From Steroidobacteraceae bacterium (lineage in GTDB: Bacteria; Pseudomonadota; Gammaproteobacteria; Steroidobacterales; Steroidobacteraceae): a DNA stretch of 64,000 nucleotides. Location of the stretch: the NCBI GenBank assembly GCA_049840395.1, contig JASGLD010000001.1:612366-676365 (forward strand), read 5' to 3'. The position numbers and the translations under genes are program-made. Below, one piece after another: positions 51,935 through 60,848 of the stretch. How positions within the stretch are numbered: position 1 is the first letter of the stretch; every line of letters begins with the position of its first letter. The notes under the pieces were generated by a model. The model had not been told where the DNA came from, searched no databases, and saw only the letters and a list, made by a program, of their open reading frames with translations.

Positions 51935-52010
51935 TGATGTATCAAGCCCAGTCAACATCTTGCCGCAGCGCATAGCTGCTATATTCCAAATGCACCACCC
52001 GGCGACGTTC
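51935..52010. other. Remnant of the 3' end of a phyH-like gene, duplicated from 54812-54885
   Basis: ~75 bp are ~90% identical to the 3' end plus ~20 bp downstream of the PhyH gene. The reverse complement encodes ...RVVHLEYSSYALRQDVDWA*. Confidence 0.6.
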
Positions 52011-52027
52011 ATGCGAGGAGATTGACC

Positions 52028-52774
52028 TCACCGCGCCAGTAAGCCCCGCAGGACCATGTAGCAGCCGAGCAAGAGCATGGCGAAGAGAAACCACCTTTTA
52101 AACGCCACGGGATCGATTCGTCCACGAGCGCGCTGCCCGGCAAACATGCCGATCAGTGCTGGGATCACTGCCAGTAGCGAGGCGAGCAAAGAAGTGGAGG
52201 AGTAGCTGCTGCGCACGCTCAGGCCAATGGCGAGCGCGATGGTGGCTACGGTGGCGAACAACCCAAAGGCTTGAACGAGTTCGTCCTTGCCCAAATCAAG
52301 AGCGCTCAGGTAAGGCACGGCCGGTACGAGGAATACACCTGTTGCCCCGCTAATGACGCCGGTGACGGCGCCGACGACGGGCGAAAGCACTGACTCTGAC
52401 TGCGGTGGCACAGTGAACTTGGGCAGGAATAGCGCCAGCAGCGCGTAGAGAGCGAGTACCGCTCCCAGTGCGACCGATGGCCAGCGGGAGGAGCCCGATG
52501 TCAGGAACTGAATGCCGAAAGCCGTTCCCACGCACACCAGCACCACCATGCTCGCGAATCGTTTTGTCACACTGACCGTCGCAGCCCCCACGGCGAACTG
52601 CCAGATGTTGGTAACCAGCGATGGCACCACGAGTAATGCAGCGGCTTGAACAGGCGCCATGACAACGCCGAGCGCGCCCATCGCAACCGTTGGCAGCCCC
52701 ATGCCAACTACACCCTTCACCCAGCCGGCAACGAAAAAGACAAGCGCCACAAAGGCAGCGGATTCGAGTGGCAC
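52028..52774 (-). CDS. TauE/SafE family sulfite exporter-like membrane protein
   Basis: 248 aa with 7-8 TM helices and Gly-rich repeats typical of TauE/SafE (DUF81). Confidence 0.75.
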   Translation of the reverse strand: MPLESAAFVALVFFVAGWVKGVVGMGLPTVAMGALGVVMAPVQAAALLVVPSLVTNIWQFAVGAATVSVTKRFASMVVLVCVGTAFGIQFLTSGSSRWPSVALGAVLALYALLALFLPKFTVPPQSESVLSPVVGAVTGVISGATGVFLVPAVPYLSALDLGKDELVQAFGLFATVATIALAIGLSVRSSYSSTSLLASLLAVIPALIGMFAGQRARGRIDPVAFKRWFLFAMLLLGCYMVLRGLLAR

Positions 52775-52802
52775 GTGTTGTAACTCCTAACGGGTGATGC
52801 AG

Positions 52803-52957
52803 TCGACATCGCCGGGCTGAGGGATCGGGGGACTCAAGAAGAATAATCGAGAATGGGGTTCGCCTGCTTTACTAGAAACTCTCGTCTCGCGGCACTTAAG
52901 CAACTGCAGTTGATATGTATCAATAGCCACGACCCCGCGCCCCCGGCGATGTTGGAC
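52803..52957. repeat. ~150-bp cassette-array repeat, copy D (attC-like), ending with the core GTTGGAC
   Basis: GTCGACATCGCCGGGCTG ... CCCCCGGCGATGTTGGAC. Spurious ORF 52787..53074 is its translation. Confidence 0.6.
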
Positions 52958-53120
52958 AAAATAAGTGTTCCCTTTAAGCACATTTGCAGGCCTTGAGCGT
53001 ATCCAATGCAAGATGGTTATGGGGGTCATATGGTCACTTGCTGTGGTCTCTCTGTTGTACCTAATTGTACCCATCGGGCGGCTTATCGGTTTTCTTTTCC
53101 GACAAGACGCCTGCTCGTGA

Positions 53121-53552
53121 TTGATGATTCAAAGACAATCAAATAACCCGTGCTCGGAGACAAATATCATGAATCGAGAAGTCATACAGACTTCAGCTGC
53201 CCCAAAAGCAATAGGGCCATATTCTCAGGCAATCCGAGTAGGCGACCTTGTGTTCATCTCTGGGCAAATAGCTTTCGATCCGCTTACGATGGAATTGGTC
53301 AACAATGATATTGAGTCAGAGATTCGCCAAATATTTGAAAACCTGGAAGCAATTGCGCGCGCAGCAGATGGCTCACTAGCAAAAGCCTGCAAGCTAAATG
53401 TGTATCTCACGGATCTTGGGCATCTCGCCAAAGTTAACGAAGTCATCATGAAGTATTGCTCTGAGCCGTATGCGGCTCGGACATCTATTGGTGTCTCCGC
53501 TTTACCTCGCGGAGCTCGAGTGGAAATTGAGGTCATCTTACATTTTGGCTAA
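53121..53552 (+). CDS. ridA: RidA/YjgF family reactive-intermediate deaminase; probable start at MNREV (53169)
   Basis: Rid signature (PARSAVGVSALPRGARVEIE). Confidence 0.8.
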   Translation: MMIQRQSNNPCSETNIMNREVIQTSAAPKAIGPYSQAIRVGDLVFISGQIAFDPLTMELVNNDIESEIRQIFENLEAIARAADGSLAKACKLNVYLTDLGHLAKVNEVIMKYCSEPYAARTSIGVSALPRGARVEIEVILHFG

Positions 53553-53646
53553 AACGGTGGCGAGGTAACTTACATGTAAACGCTAGAGGTGAAGTGATAC
53601 CTCTGTAGTACTAGGTACTCCTTTAGCTTGAAAGGGAGAAGCTGTT

Positions 53647-54729
53647 ATGGATGAGAGCGAACTGAAGCGCCTGGAGGATCTTCAAGGCCACGCCGGGCCA
53701 TCAGTAAAAAATTATCCGCTCGACAGCTGGTGGGCCATCGCCACGGTGAGTGAAGTTGGGGAGAAGCCATTAGCCAGAAACCTGCTGCAGAAGCGCGTGG
53801 TGTTGTTTCGCGCGAGCGATGGGAAGCCGCACGCTCTTATGGATCGTTGTCCGCATCGATGGGCTCCACTCTCCATGGGAAAAGTGATTCAAGATGAAAT
53901 TGTCTGCGCTTATCACGGATTTAGATATAACGTGAAAGGCGAGTGTACGCTTGCTCCGAGTATGCAACAGCCCCCGCGAGCGCTCCGTGCTTGTGCTTAT
54001 CCCGCAATCGATTATGGTCCGTTTGTGTGGGTCTGGATGGGATGCCCTGAAAATGCAGATCCGACCCTCCTTCCAACGATTGTACGGAAACGCAATGCCG
54101 ATCAAGTGATAGCGGGCTACCAACTCACTAGTTGTGATTTCTCATTGATCCACGAAAATATAGCGGACACAGAGCACACTCTTTATCTTCATGGTAAGAC
54201 TGTTGGAAATGACGTCCGCATTGACTTTAGAAGGAAAGGGAAAGTTCATGGCGTAATGGACGCTGATTCCAGAGCAATTACATTTCTCTCTAGTGCGAGA
54301 GACATACCACCTTCAAAGTTTGATATCGCTCTTTTAGGATTGGAGAAAACAGAAAGCTGCAACATATCAACGAATGCAGTTTTTACTGCTCCAGGCTGTT
54401 TTTCTGCAGAAATAGAATGGGCGCCATCTGAGCGAAGGCCGGGCTCGGCAGGGCAAAGTGTCAAGGGTCTATACATGTGGTGTTCCACTCCCATTTCCGA
54501 TAACTCTTGCCATTTTTGGTGGGATCTCGCTTTTGATGGAGCGGTATTCAATCCAGAAGTCGTTAAAGATTTATGGTCAAAGCTTATTAAAGAGGATATC
54601 GACATAGTTGAGGGAGTTCAGAGATCCATTGATTCGAGTCGTGATGCAAAAGTTACGGACTTACTCGTAGTCGCCGATCGGCCGGTGGCGGCTATACGGC
54701 GTTTACTAAGAGCTATGGGGGAAGCATAG
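53647..54729 (+). CDS. Rieske [2Fe-2S] non-heme iron oxygenase, alpha-subunit-like
   Basis: Rieske motif CPHRW(x15)CAYHGF. The C-terminal catalytic domain has mononuclear-iron His/Asp residues. Mid GC. Confidence 0.8.
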   Translation: MDESELKRLEDLQGHAGPSVKNYPLDSWWAIATVSEVGEKPLARNLLQKRVVLFRASDGKPHALMDRCPHRWAPLSMGKVIQDEIVCAYHGFRYNVKGECTLAPSMQQPPRALRACAYPAIDYGPFVWVWMGCPENADPTLLPTIVRKRNADQVIAGYQLTSCDFSLIHENIADTEHTLYLHGKTVGNDVRIDFRRKGKVHGVMDADSRAITFLSSARDIPPSKFDIALLGLEKTESCNISTNAVFTAPGCFSAEIEWAPSERRPGSAGQSVKGLYMWCSTPISDNSCHFWWDLAFDGAVFNPEVVKDLWSKLIKEDIDIVEGVQRSIDSSRDAKVTDLLVVADRPVAAIRRLLRAMGEA

Positions 54730-54820
54730 TGACAGGGTGAGTGGTGTTAATCAGTCTTAACTAGGTTGCTGTCTTTAGGATCAAGCAGAGTGCGAGTGAT
54801 GGTGATCAATGATTAATGCA

Positions 54821-55495
54821 TCAAGCCCAGTCAACATTTGGCGGCAGCGCATAGCTGCTGTATTCCAAATGCACCACCCGACGATGCGCCTTGCTTTGTG
54901 ACTTGCTCGATGAGTGCAGCACGTGCGGGCGCATGATCATGGCGTCTCCGGCAGCGACTACGCAGGCAACGGGCTTGGAATTTTTTGCTAGTTGTTCGAT
55001 TTCCCTTTGAGCCAGTATTCCCTGGCGATGCGATCCTGGAATGATGTTGAGGCAGCCGCTTTTTTCGTCTGCATCGTCGATATGCAGTCTGATGGTCACC
55101 ATTTTATCGAGTACGGCGCGTGGCGGTTGTACATGATGCACGCCATCCTTGAATGACCAGGGTCCCCAACCCGACATTTCGCATCTTTGATTCAGTGTGA
55201 CGGTTCTATCTTGATGCCAGGCCACAAACCAGTTTGCTTCCGGTGTCTTGTCGAAAAATAAAGCGCGTACCAGACGAGGCGGTGACTGAAGTAGTTCGTT
55301 GGCAATATTCAGCATGTCTGGAGAACTGGCCAGTTGGGCAACGCTGCTGAACCTCTTTTCAAGATTGCGGATGCCATGCCGGCGAAGTTGCTCGCAGCCT
55401 AGACTGATCTCTGACTTGACGGCTTCAATGCTGTCGCGCGAGAGAATGCCTTTGCGAATCTCCGCGCCATCGGTATGAAAGTTGAGCGAGGTCAA
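54821..55495 (-). CDS. Phytanoyl-CoA dioxygenase (PhyH) family protein
   Basis: 224 aa; I did not pick out the PhyH-type 2-His-1-carboxylate iron motif, so the call rests on overall similarity. The C-terminus ...HLEYSSYALPPNVDWA is duplicated as a remnant at 51935-52010. Confidence 0.65.
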   Translation of the reverse strand: MTSLNFHTDGAEIRKGILSRDSIEAVKSEISLGCEQLRRHGIRNLEKRFSSVAQLASSPDMLNIANELLQSPPRLVRALFFDKTPEANWFVAWHQDRTVTLNQRCEMSGWGPWSFKDGVHHVQPPRAVLDKMVTIRLHIDDADEKSGCLNIIPGSHRQGILAQREIEQLAKNSKPVACVVAAGDAMIMRPHVLHSSSKSQSKAHRRVVHLEYSSYALPPNVDWA

Positions 55496-55513
55496 ATTAG
55501 TTTCCTAAGAAGA

Positions 55514-55732
55514 TTATTTGTCTTCACCCTTCCGCACCTTCTGATACTCCTCATAACTCAACGTATTAGTCCGCTCACGGCAGCGTTCCACTTCGGTGAC
55601 GGGCTGCTTTCTGCAATTGAGATCGGCGGTGGCTTGCACGCCTTGATACCAGGCCTTGGTGGTGCAGCCGGTTGATAGGGTGGCGGTTAGCAACAGCGTT
55701 GATAGAAGCAGGTTGCGCATCGACTTATTCAT
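55514..55732 (-). CDS. Small lipoprotein (start at MNKSMRN)
   Basis: Lipobox LSTGC. ~72 aa. Confidence 0.5.
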   Translation of the reverse strand: MNKSMRNLLLSTLLLTATLSTGCTTKAWYQGVQATADLNCRKQPVTEVERCRERTNTLSYEEYQKVRKGEDK

Positions 55733-56070
55733 CCTGGTGATCCTTTCACATGGTTCGAATCGAATACTGCCATCCGGGGCTGTTGGATGTCGATGGAAGT
55801 TGGATGTCGATGAAGGCTGATCCACTACGACCCACCCAATCGCTTTCTTACCTGGTGCTTATGCAGCGTGGGCAAGTCTTTCTTGGGCACTGCACGCGAT
55901 GAATCCGCCGCGCTCTGTACTGCCCCTCGGTATCGTCCGTTGCTCACTTCCACTCTATGAAACCAATTTCCTAATCAGCGGGTAAAGTGGCTCGCATGAT
56001 CACTATTATCTGCAAGGTATTTACCAATAGATCACTAGACAAGATCTTTAATACTCAGCAGGGGGCGACC

Positions 56071-56841
56071 ATGAAGTGGCAACAAACATTCGCGCTGATC
56101 GGTGCGATGCTCGGCGGTGGCGCAGCGCAGGCGGCGGCTGCCATTGACGCGACCGATTTCATCATCCTCAGCGGCTACGTTAAGAGCATGGATAGTTCGG
56201 GTAGCAATGCGAAGGTGGTGTTTCATTCCAACGATGGTTACGACGGGGCGGATTGGACGCTGCAGGGGCCATCGCCTAAAGGCTTGAAGGATGCGGTGAA
56301 AGTAGGTGATCGTCTTTCGGTTGCCGTGCTGGCCGATAAGAGCGGCAAGGCGAGTGGACAGTTGTTGCGTTTCTTCCTGCCGGACTATCGCACGCTGGAA
56401 ACGGGGGCTTATGGTTCTGCCTGGATGTATCCGGCCGGGTCGATTCGCAAGACTATTGCCGATGTGACGCAAGATCCATTTGCCAATTTGTATGGCAACA
56501 CGCTGTTCTATGTGGCGAGCGATAACAAGCCGGCGGAGGCCAATCTCGCTGGGCGCATGTGGATCAATTCGGATCACACCTTCTGGTTGTTGGGCAAGAA
56601 GACGCCGGTGGGTTTGAATGCGGATGGCAGCTTCGATCTCACTACTGACGTCGGCAATTGGTGGATCGAGAACCAATTGGGCAAGCCAGTGTTGTGTCTG
56701 TTGGGTAATAACTGGGCGATGCCGCGTTGTGACACGGCGGTGAAGCCGCGCAAGGTGGGCGAGAAATGGACGGTGACGGTTCATGGCGCCAGTGCGCAGT
56801 GGACCGAGACTTGGGAACTGCAACAAGGCCGTCGTCGCTAA
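56071..56841 (+). CDS. Secreted hypothetical protein, paralog 1 of a tandem pair
   Basis: Signal peptide. Shares blocks with the next ORF (DGxDxxDWTxxGP, DRLS, C..MPRC, KWT). Confidence 0.65.
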   Translation: MKWQQTFALIGAMLGGGAAQAAAAIDATDFIILSGYVKSMDSSGSNAKVVFHSNDGYDGADWTLQGPSPKGLKDAVKVGDRLSVAVLADKSGKASGQLLRFFLPDYRTLETGAYGSAWMYPAGSIRKTIADVTQDPFANLYGNTLFYVASDNKPAEANLAGRMWINSDHTFWLLGKKTPVGLNADGSFDLTTDVGNWWIENQLGKPVLCLLGNNWAMPRCDTAVKPRKVGEKWTVTVHGASAQWTETWELQQGRRR

Positions 56842-56856
56842 CACAAGGGGAACACT

Positions 56857-57666
56857 ATGAAACTGATACAAACAGCACTTGTAATAGTCGGGCTGGTAAC
56901 CGGCTTAGTTACTAACTCGTATGCAGCGCAAGCGGCTAAGCCGGCGCAGCAACTCGATGACGTCGTCATCCTTGAAGGCACAGTGAAGAACGTGGACTGG
57001 TCCGGCGAACAGTTGGTCGTCGTACTGTACGTCAATGACGGCTGGGATCGGCCCGACTGGACCATCACCGGCCCCAAGCCTTCGATGTTGCTTGCCATGG
57101 GCTGGAGCAAGGATCTGCTGAAGGTGAATGATCGACTCAGTGCTTACGCCTATCCGGATAAGAGTGGTGCACTCAAAGCGACCTTGAAGCGCTTCGCGCT
57201 TGAAGATGGCACCACGCTGGAAGCCAGTCTTAAGAGCGATATGGAGATGGCGCCACGCGCGGCGTTCAATCGCGTGTTCGAGAATCCCATCGACGATCCG
57301 ATGTCCGGTTTTTACACCAACACTCGCACCTGTCTGGCACAGGGAACTGCGCCCTCAGCGAAATACAACTGCACGTCGTGGTGGAATCCGGATCACTCGG
57401 TTGCGGTGTTTGAAAACAACATTGGTAATGAGGGCGGTGTGGGGCGCGGTGTAGGCAGCGGCATGGTCATGCAGACCGGTATCTGGTGGCTACAGATGGC
57501 ACGTGCGGGGCAGTGGACCAATTGTCAGTTGATGACCGGCATGGTCAAGCCACGTTGTCATAGCCCGACTACGCCGGGCAAGGCGGGCGATAAGTGGTCG
57601 ATTGAATTCACCGGCAGAGACGCCAATTGGACGGAGCATCGCTCGGTGATGGAAGGACGGCGGTAA
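56857..57666 (+). CDS. Secreted hypothetical protein, paralog 2 of a tandem pair
   Basis: Signal peptide. Collinear similarity to 56071..56841. Confidence 0.65.
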   Translation: MKLIQTALVIVGLVTGLVTNSYAAQAAKPAQQLDDVVILEGTVKNVDWSGEQLVVVLYVNDGWDRPDWTITGPKPSMLLAMGWSKDLLKVNDRLSAYAYPDKSGALKATLKRFALEDGTTLEASLKSDMEMAPRAAFNRVFENPIDDPMSGFYTNTRTCLAQGTAPSAKYNCTSWWNPDHSVAVFENNIGNEGGVGRGVGSGMVMQTGIWWLQMARAGQWTNCQLMTGMVKPRCHSPTTPGKAGDKWSIEFTGRDANWTEHRSVMEGRR

Positions 57667-57703
57667 CGCTCTACTCTTGAAGTTAACTGACGCGATCTTC
57701 TAT

Positions 57704-57904
57704 TCCCTCCCCCGTTCCACGGGGGAGGGCAGGGTGGGGGCGTCTGACGACTGCGCCCAGCATCAAATCAAGTAATTAAATCTTTGCCGCCTCTTGATAG
57801 ATGGTTACGGGGTCATGATGAGATAAATGCTGTTTGCTCAGGTTGAGATTTGAGCTTTTTGTTTTGCCCCCACCCTAACCCTCCCCCGTCGAACGGGGGA
57901 GGGG
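57704..57904. repeat. MITE-like composite REP element (GGGTGGGGGC family), copy 2
   Basis: TIRs CCCTCCCCCGTTCCACGGGGGAGGGCAGGGTGGGGGC ... GCCCCCACCCTAACCCTCCCCCGTCGAACGGGGGAGGG. The interior is shared with copy 3. Confidence 0.7.
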
Positions 57905-57928
57905 ATGTTGGAGTTGGATTTGCTTGTT

Positions 57929-57990
57929 TTGTAGGTCGGGTTTTAACCCGACTCTTACGTTTTAAGAGTCGGGTTAAAACCCGACCTACA
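57929..57990. repeat. REP hairpin (TGTAGGTCGGG family), ~28-bp perfect stem
   Basis: TGTAGGTCGGGTTTTAACCCGACTCTTACGTTTTAAGAGTCGGGTTAAAACCCGACCTACA. Confidence 0.65.
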
Positions 57991-58011
57991 AAGAGCAGCT
58001 GAACGCAGCTC

Positions 58012-58645
58012 TTATTTAGGCCGCCGCACCGCTCTAACCTTGCCGCTGCCGCCACCGCCGCATAGCAACCGATCCCCACCATCGGATTCCAACCCAGAGA
58101 CCATCGTGCCGGCCGGCATGTCGAGGCACTCCAATACTTCTCCAGTCTTTGGATCGATATGTCGCAGTTCGCTTTCATCGCCTTCCCAGGTGCCATGCCA
58201 TAGATCGCCCTCCACCCAGGTGACGCCGGTGACGAAGCGATTGGATTCGATGGTGCGTAGCACCTTGCCGGTGTTGGGATCGACTTGATGGATCTTACGT
58301 TCGCGATACTGACCCACCCATAACGAGCCTTCGGCCCAAGCCATGCCCGAGTCGCCGCCGTTGCTGGGCGCTGGAATGGTGGCGAGTATCTTTCCTGTCT
58401 TCGGATCGATCTTATGTATCTGGCTTTCGGCAATCTGAAACAGATGCTGGCCATCGAAGGCGGTGCCAGCATGCGCGGCGACATTCGATCGAGCGGGTGA
58501 TCTTGCCGCTGTCGAGATCCAGTGCATTTAATTTATCGCCCGAGGCGAACCAGGCTTGTTTGCCGTCATAGCTCACGCCATGCACTTTATCGGCGCCGGG
58601 GAAGGGGCCGTATTCGCGGATGATTTCGGCTTTTGCTTGTTTCAT
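58012..58645 (-). pseudogene. Vgb-family/beta-propeller protein gene disrupted by a frameshift
   Basis: Two overlapping ORFs (58412..58645 and 58012..58527) in different frames, both with IDPxTGKxxxxI blade repeats. The frame change is near 58470-58500. Confidence 0.55.
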
Positions 58646-58865
58646 GTTGGCATCCTATTGACGTGTCTCACACATAACTTACACATGATGTGAGTCAATG
58701 TTTAAACATCCTTCGGTCATAGCATGACGTCTTGAAAATTCATGCTGAGGCGAAGGGGGATTGCTAAAGCGGTTTCCAGACGGGCGCAATGAATTGCGCC
58801 CCTACGTAAAACCTTTCCGGTGTAGGGGCGTGATTCATCACGCCCGTCCACTGCTTGGCGCCACA

Positions 58866-60086
58866 TTAGTCAATCGGCAGCGTTGCCGGGAGTAACAATG
58901 TCGTCGTGAATCCGGGCAGGGGTGGCGTCAGCCAGCGGCGTGCGCGGCCACGACCGAACGCTTGCACTTTATTCGCCATGGCCAGCGTATCGAGTGCGCG
59001 TTGCACCGAGCGCTGGCTCATGCCCAGCGCCAGTGCCAACGCCGAACTCGACCAAGATTCACCATCGGCCAGCAAGGCCAGCACGGCGGCATGCTCATCT
59101 TCATTCACGGGGGCGAGTACGACAATTTCATCTGCACGATGCGGCGCCAGCATGAAACCGCGTTGCGTGGCCTGTATGTCGGCCAACGGTTTTAGCAATT
59201 GGCGCAGTCGTCCTATTTCCACACGCAGGCGTACCCGTTGCGATTCATCGGCGGACTTCAAGCGGAAGGCGCGTGCGATGAGCGCGTCTCTGGAGACATC
59301 GGCCGGCCATGCTTCGGCCAGCATGCGAATCAGCACAAACAAGATCGGTCGTGTGGCGAGCGACACTGCGGTATTGGCAAGCCGCACGCCGTAGCGACAG
59401 ACATCGACAACGAATACTTGGGATGCCAGCAGAGCTTCGACCTCATCGAGTTTTAAAAGTCGTTGCTCGCCAGCCGTAAGCGAACGTGCGGCAGGCGTGT
59501 TCAAGACTAATGCGGCGCTGGTCACTTCCGCTAACAAGGCCGGGATGTGTGCCTGCAGCGCGGCCTGTTCGGCGCGTGCCAATGCGGCACGCGCGTTCTG
59601 AGTATGCAGCCGTCGCATGCTGATGCCGACCATCACCAGCTCATGAACCGTGCGTAGTGCAGCCGGCAGCACTGAGGCATCCAATTGGGCCAGGGCCTGT
59701 TCGGCTGCATCTATGTGCCCGATCAACAGTAGACGTCGCGCTTGCAGCTGTTGCGCATGGGCGGCGTTGGTGTGATCGCCGTGTGCTGCAAGCGTGATGC
59801 GTGCGGCATCGAGGGCCCTGGTTTGCCAGCTTAGATCACGTGCCGCGAGCGCCACTTCGGTTTCGGCAACAATACATTTGGCGCGCGCCACCGGTTCTTT
59901 GGTGCCGAAGGTGCGTGCGGCGCTGCGCAGTAAGGTTTTAGCGCGGACCAGATCGCCGAGCTGCGCCATGGCAATGCCACGCAGCGCCAATGCAGGTGCA
60001 TCGTTACGCAGTGCGACCCGCTTCAATGCGCCCAGTGGATCGCCAACTGCCAGCGCCCGCGCTGCGGCGTTGATCAATGAATCCAT
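58866..60086 (-). CDS. HTH transcriptional regulator (C-terminal winged-helix/MarR-like HTH, N-terminal TPR-like region)
   Basis: C-terminal HTH (WSSSALALALGMSQRSVQRALDTLAMANKV). Confidence 0.6.
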   Translation of the reverse strand: MDSLINAAARALAVGDPLGALKRVALRNDAPALALRGIAMAQLGDLVRAKTLLRSAARTFGTKEPVARAKCIVAETEVALAARDLSWQTRALDAARITLAAHGDHTNAAHAQQLQARRLLLIGHIDAAEQALAQLDASVLPAALRTVHELVMVGISMRRLHTQNARAALARAEQAALQAHIPALLAEVTSAALVLNTPAARSLTAGEQRLLKLDEVEALLASQVFVVDVCRYGVRLANTAVSLATRPILFVLIRMLAEAWPADVSRDALIARAFRLKSADESQRVRLRVEIGRLRQLLKPLADIQATQRGFMLAPHRADEIVVLAPVNEDEHAAVLALLADGESWSSSALALALGMSQRSVQRALDTLAMANKVQAFGRGRARRWLTPPLPGFTTTLLLPATLPID

Positions 60087-60163
60087 TTAAGTCCCAGCAA
60101 ATCGTTTTACTCCTGAGGTTCATGCACGCTTGCAAGATTGATCACTGCTTAGTGGAATGATTC

Positions 60164-60352
60164 CCTCCCCCGTTCGACGGGGGAGGGCCAGGGTGGGGGC
60201 ATCTGACTATTATGCCCGGCATTGAATACCCAACCCTACGCTGCGTTTGGGTCGGTGGCTATGAAATTGGGATGAGATGAATAGAGTTTGCTCAGGTTGA
60301 GTTTGAGCTTTTTTGCCCCCACCCTAACCCTCCCCCGTCGAACGGGGGAGGG
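60164..60352. repeat. MITE-like composite REP element (GGGTGGGGGC family), copy 3
   Basis: Same TIRs and shared ~50-bp interior (TTTGCTCAGGTTGAG.TTTGAGCTTTTT) as copy 2, in direct orientation 2.3 kb away. Confidence 0.7.
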
Positions 60353-60389
60353 AATAGAAGAGAGGGGTGAGGGGCCGTGGTGCTAAGGC

Positions 60390-60848
60390 TTAGCGAAAAT
60401 CGACGTGAATGCCCAAGCGAACGCCGACTTCGCGATTCTCATCTGTTATTTGCAGGCGTTTGAATTCGCATTGGAACAGCGTGTTGGGGCCGATCTCGAA
60501 ATCCATTTGTTGCTTCATTAGCTGTTTGATTCTTTCGGCCTGGGTGAATTTCTTCAATGGTTTGAACAGATCTTCATTCTCAAGTTGACTGCTGGTGTTG
60601 AGCTTGGCCCGGTATCCATTGCTGAGCGGGCTGCCCACGGGCGCCAGGCTGTAAGCGGTGAGATCACGCAGATAGGCCAGACGTTGCTTTAAGGTAATCG
60701 CTGACGACTTGGCTGGGGGGCTGCTTATCAGTGAGGTGTTGGCAGCATGGGCAACATTCAGTGCAAGCGTGCACAACAGGACGGCTATGCCGCGCGATAA
60801 CAGGCGGGCACAGGTGGCGGGAAGTGCGGTGGCAGAATGAATATTCAC
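60390..60848 (-). CDS. Secreted hypothetical protein (152 aa)
   Basis: Signal peptide (LLCTLALNVAHA). Confidence 0.55.
   Translation of the reverse strand: MNIHSATALPATCARLLSRGIAVLLCTLALNVAHAANTSLISSPPAKSSAITLKQRLAYLRDLTAYSLAPVGSPLSNGYRAKLNTSSQLENEDLFKPLKKFTQAERIKQLMKQQMDFEIGPNTLFQCEFKRLQITDENREVGVRLGIHVDFR

Noticed and set aside
44700-55500. CRISPR array
   Set aside because: Repeats are 70-160 bp, imperfect, palindromic and separated by whole ORFs of different sizes. There are no short regularly spaced direct repeats and no cas genes in the window.
42335-55900. Integron integrase, transposase, phage integrase or IS element delimiting the island
   Set aside because: No ORF shows tyrosine-recombinase (R..H..R..Y) or DDE transposase features. 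Island boundaries are defined only by repeats and the GC shift, hence the CALIN-type interpretation.
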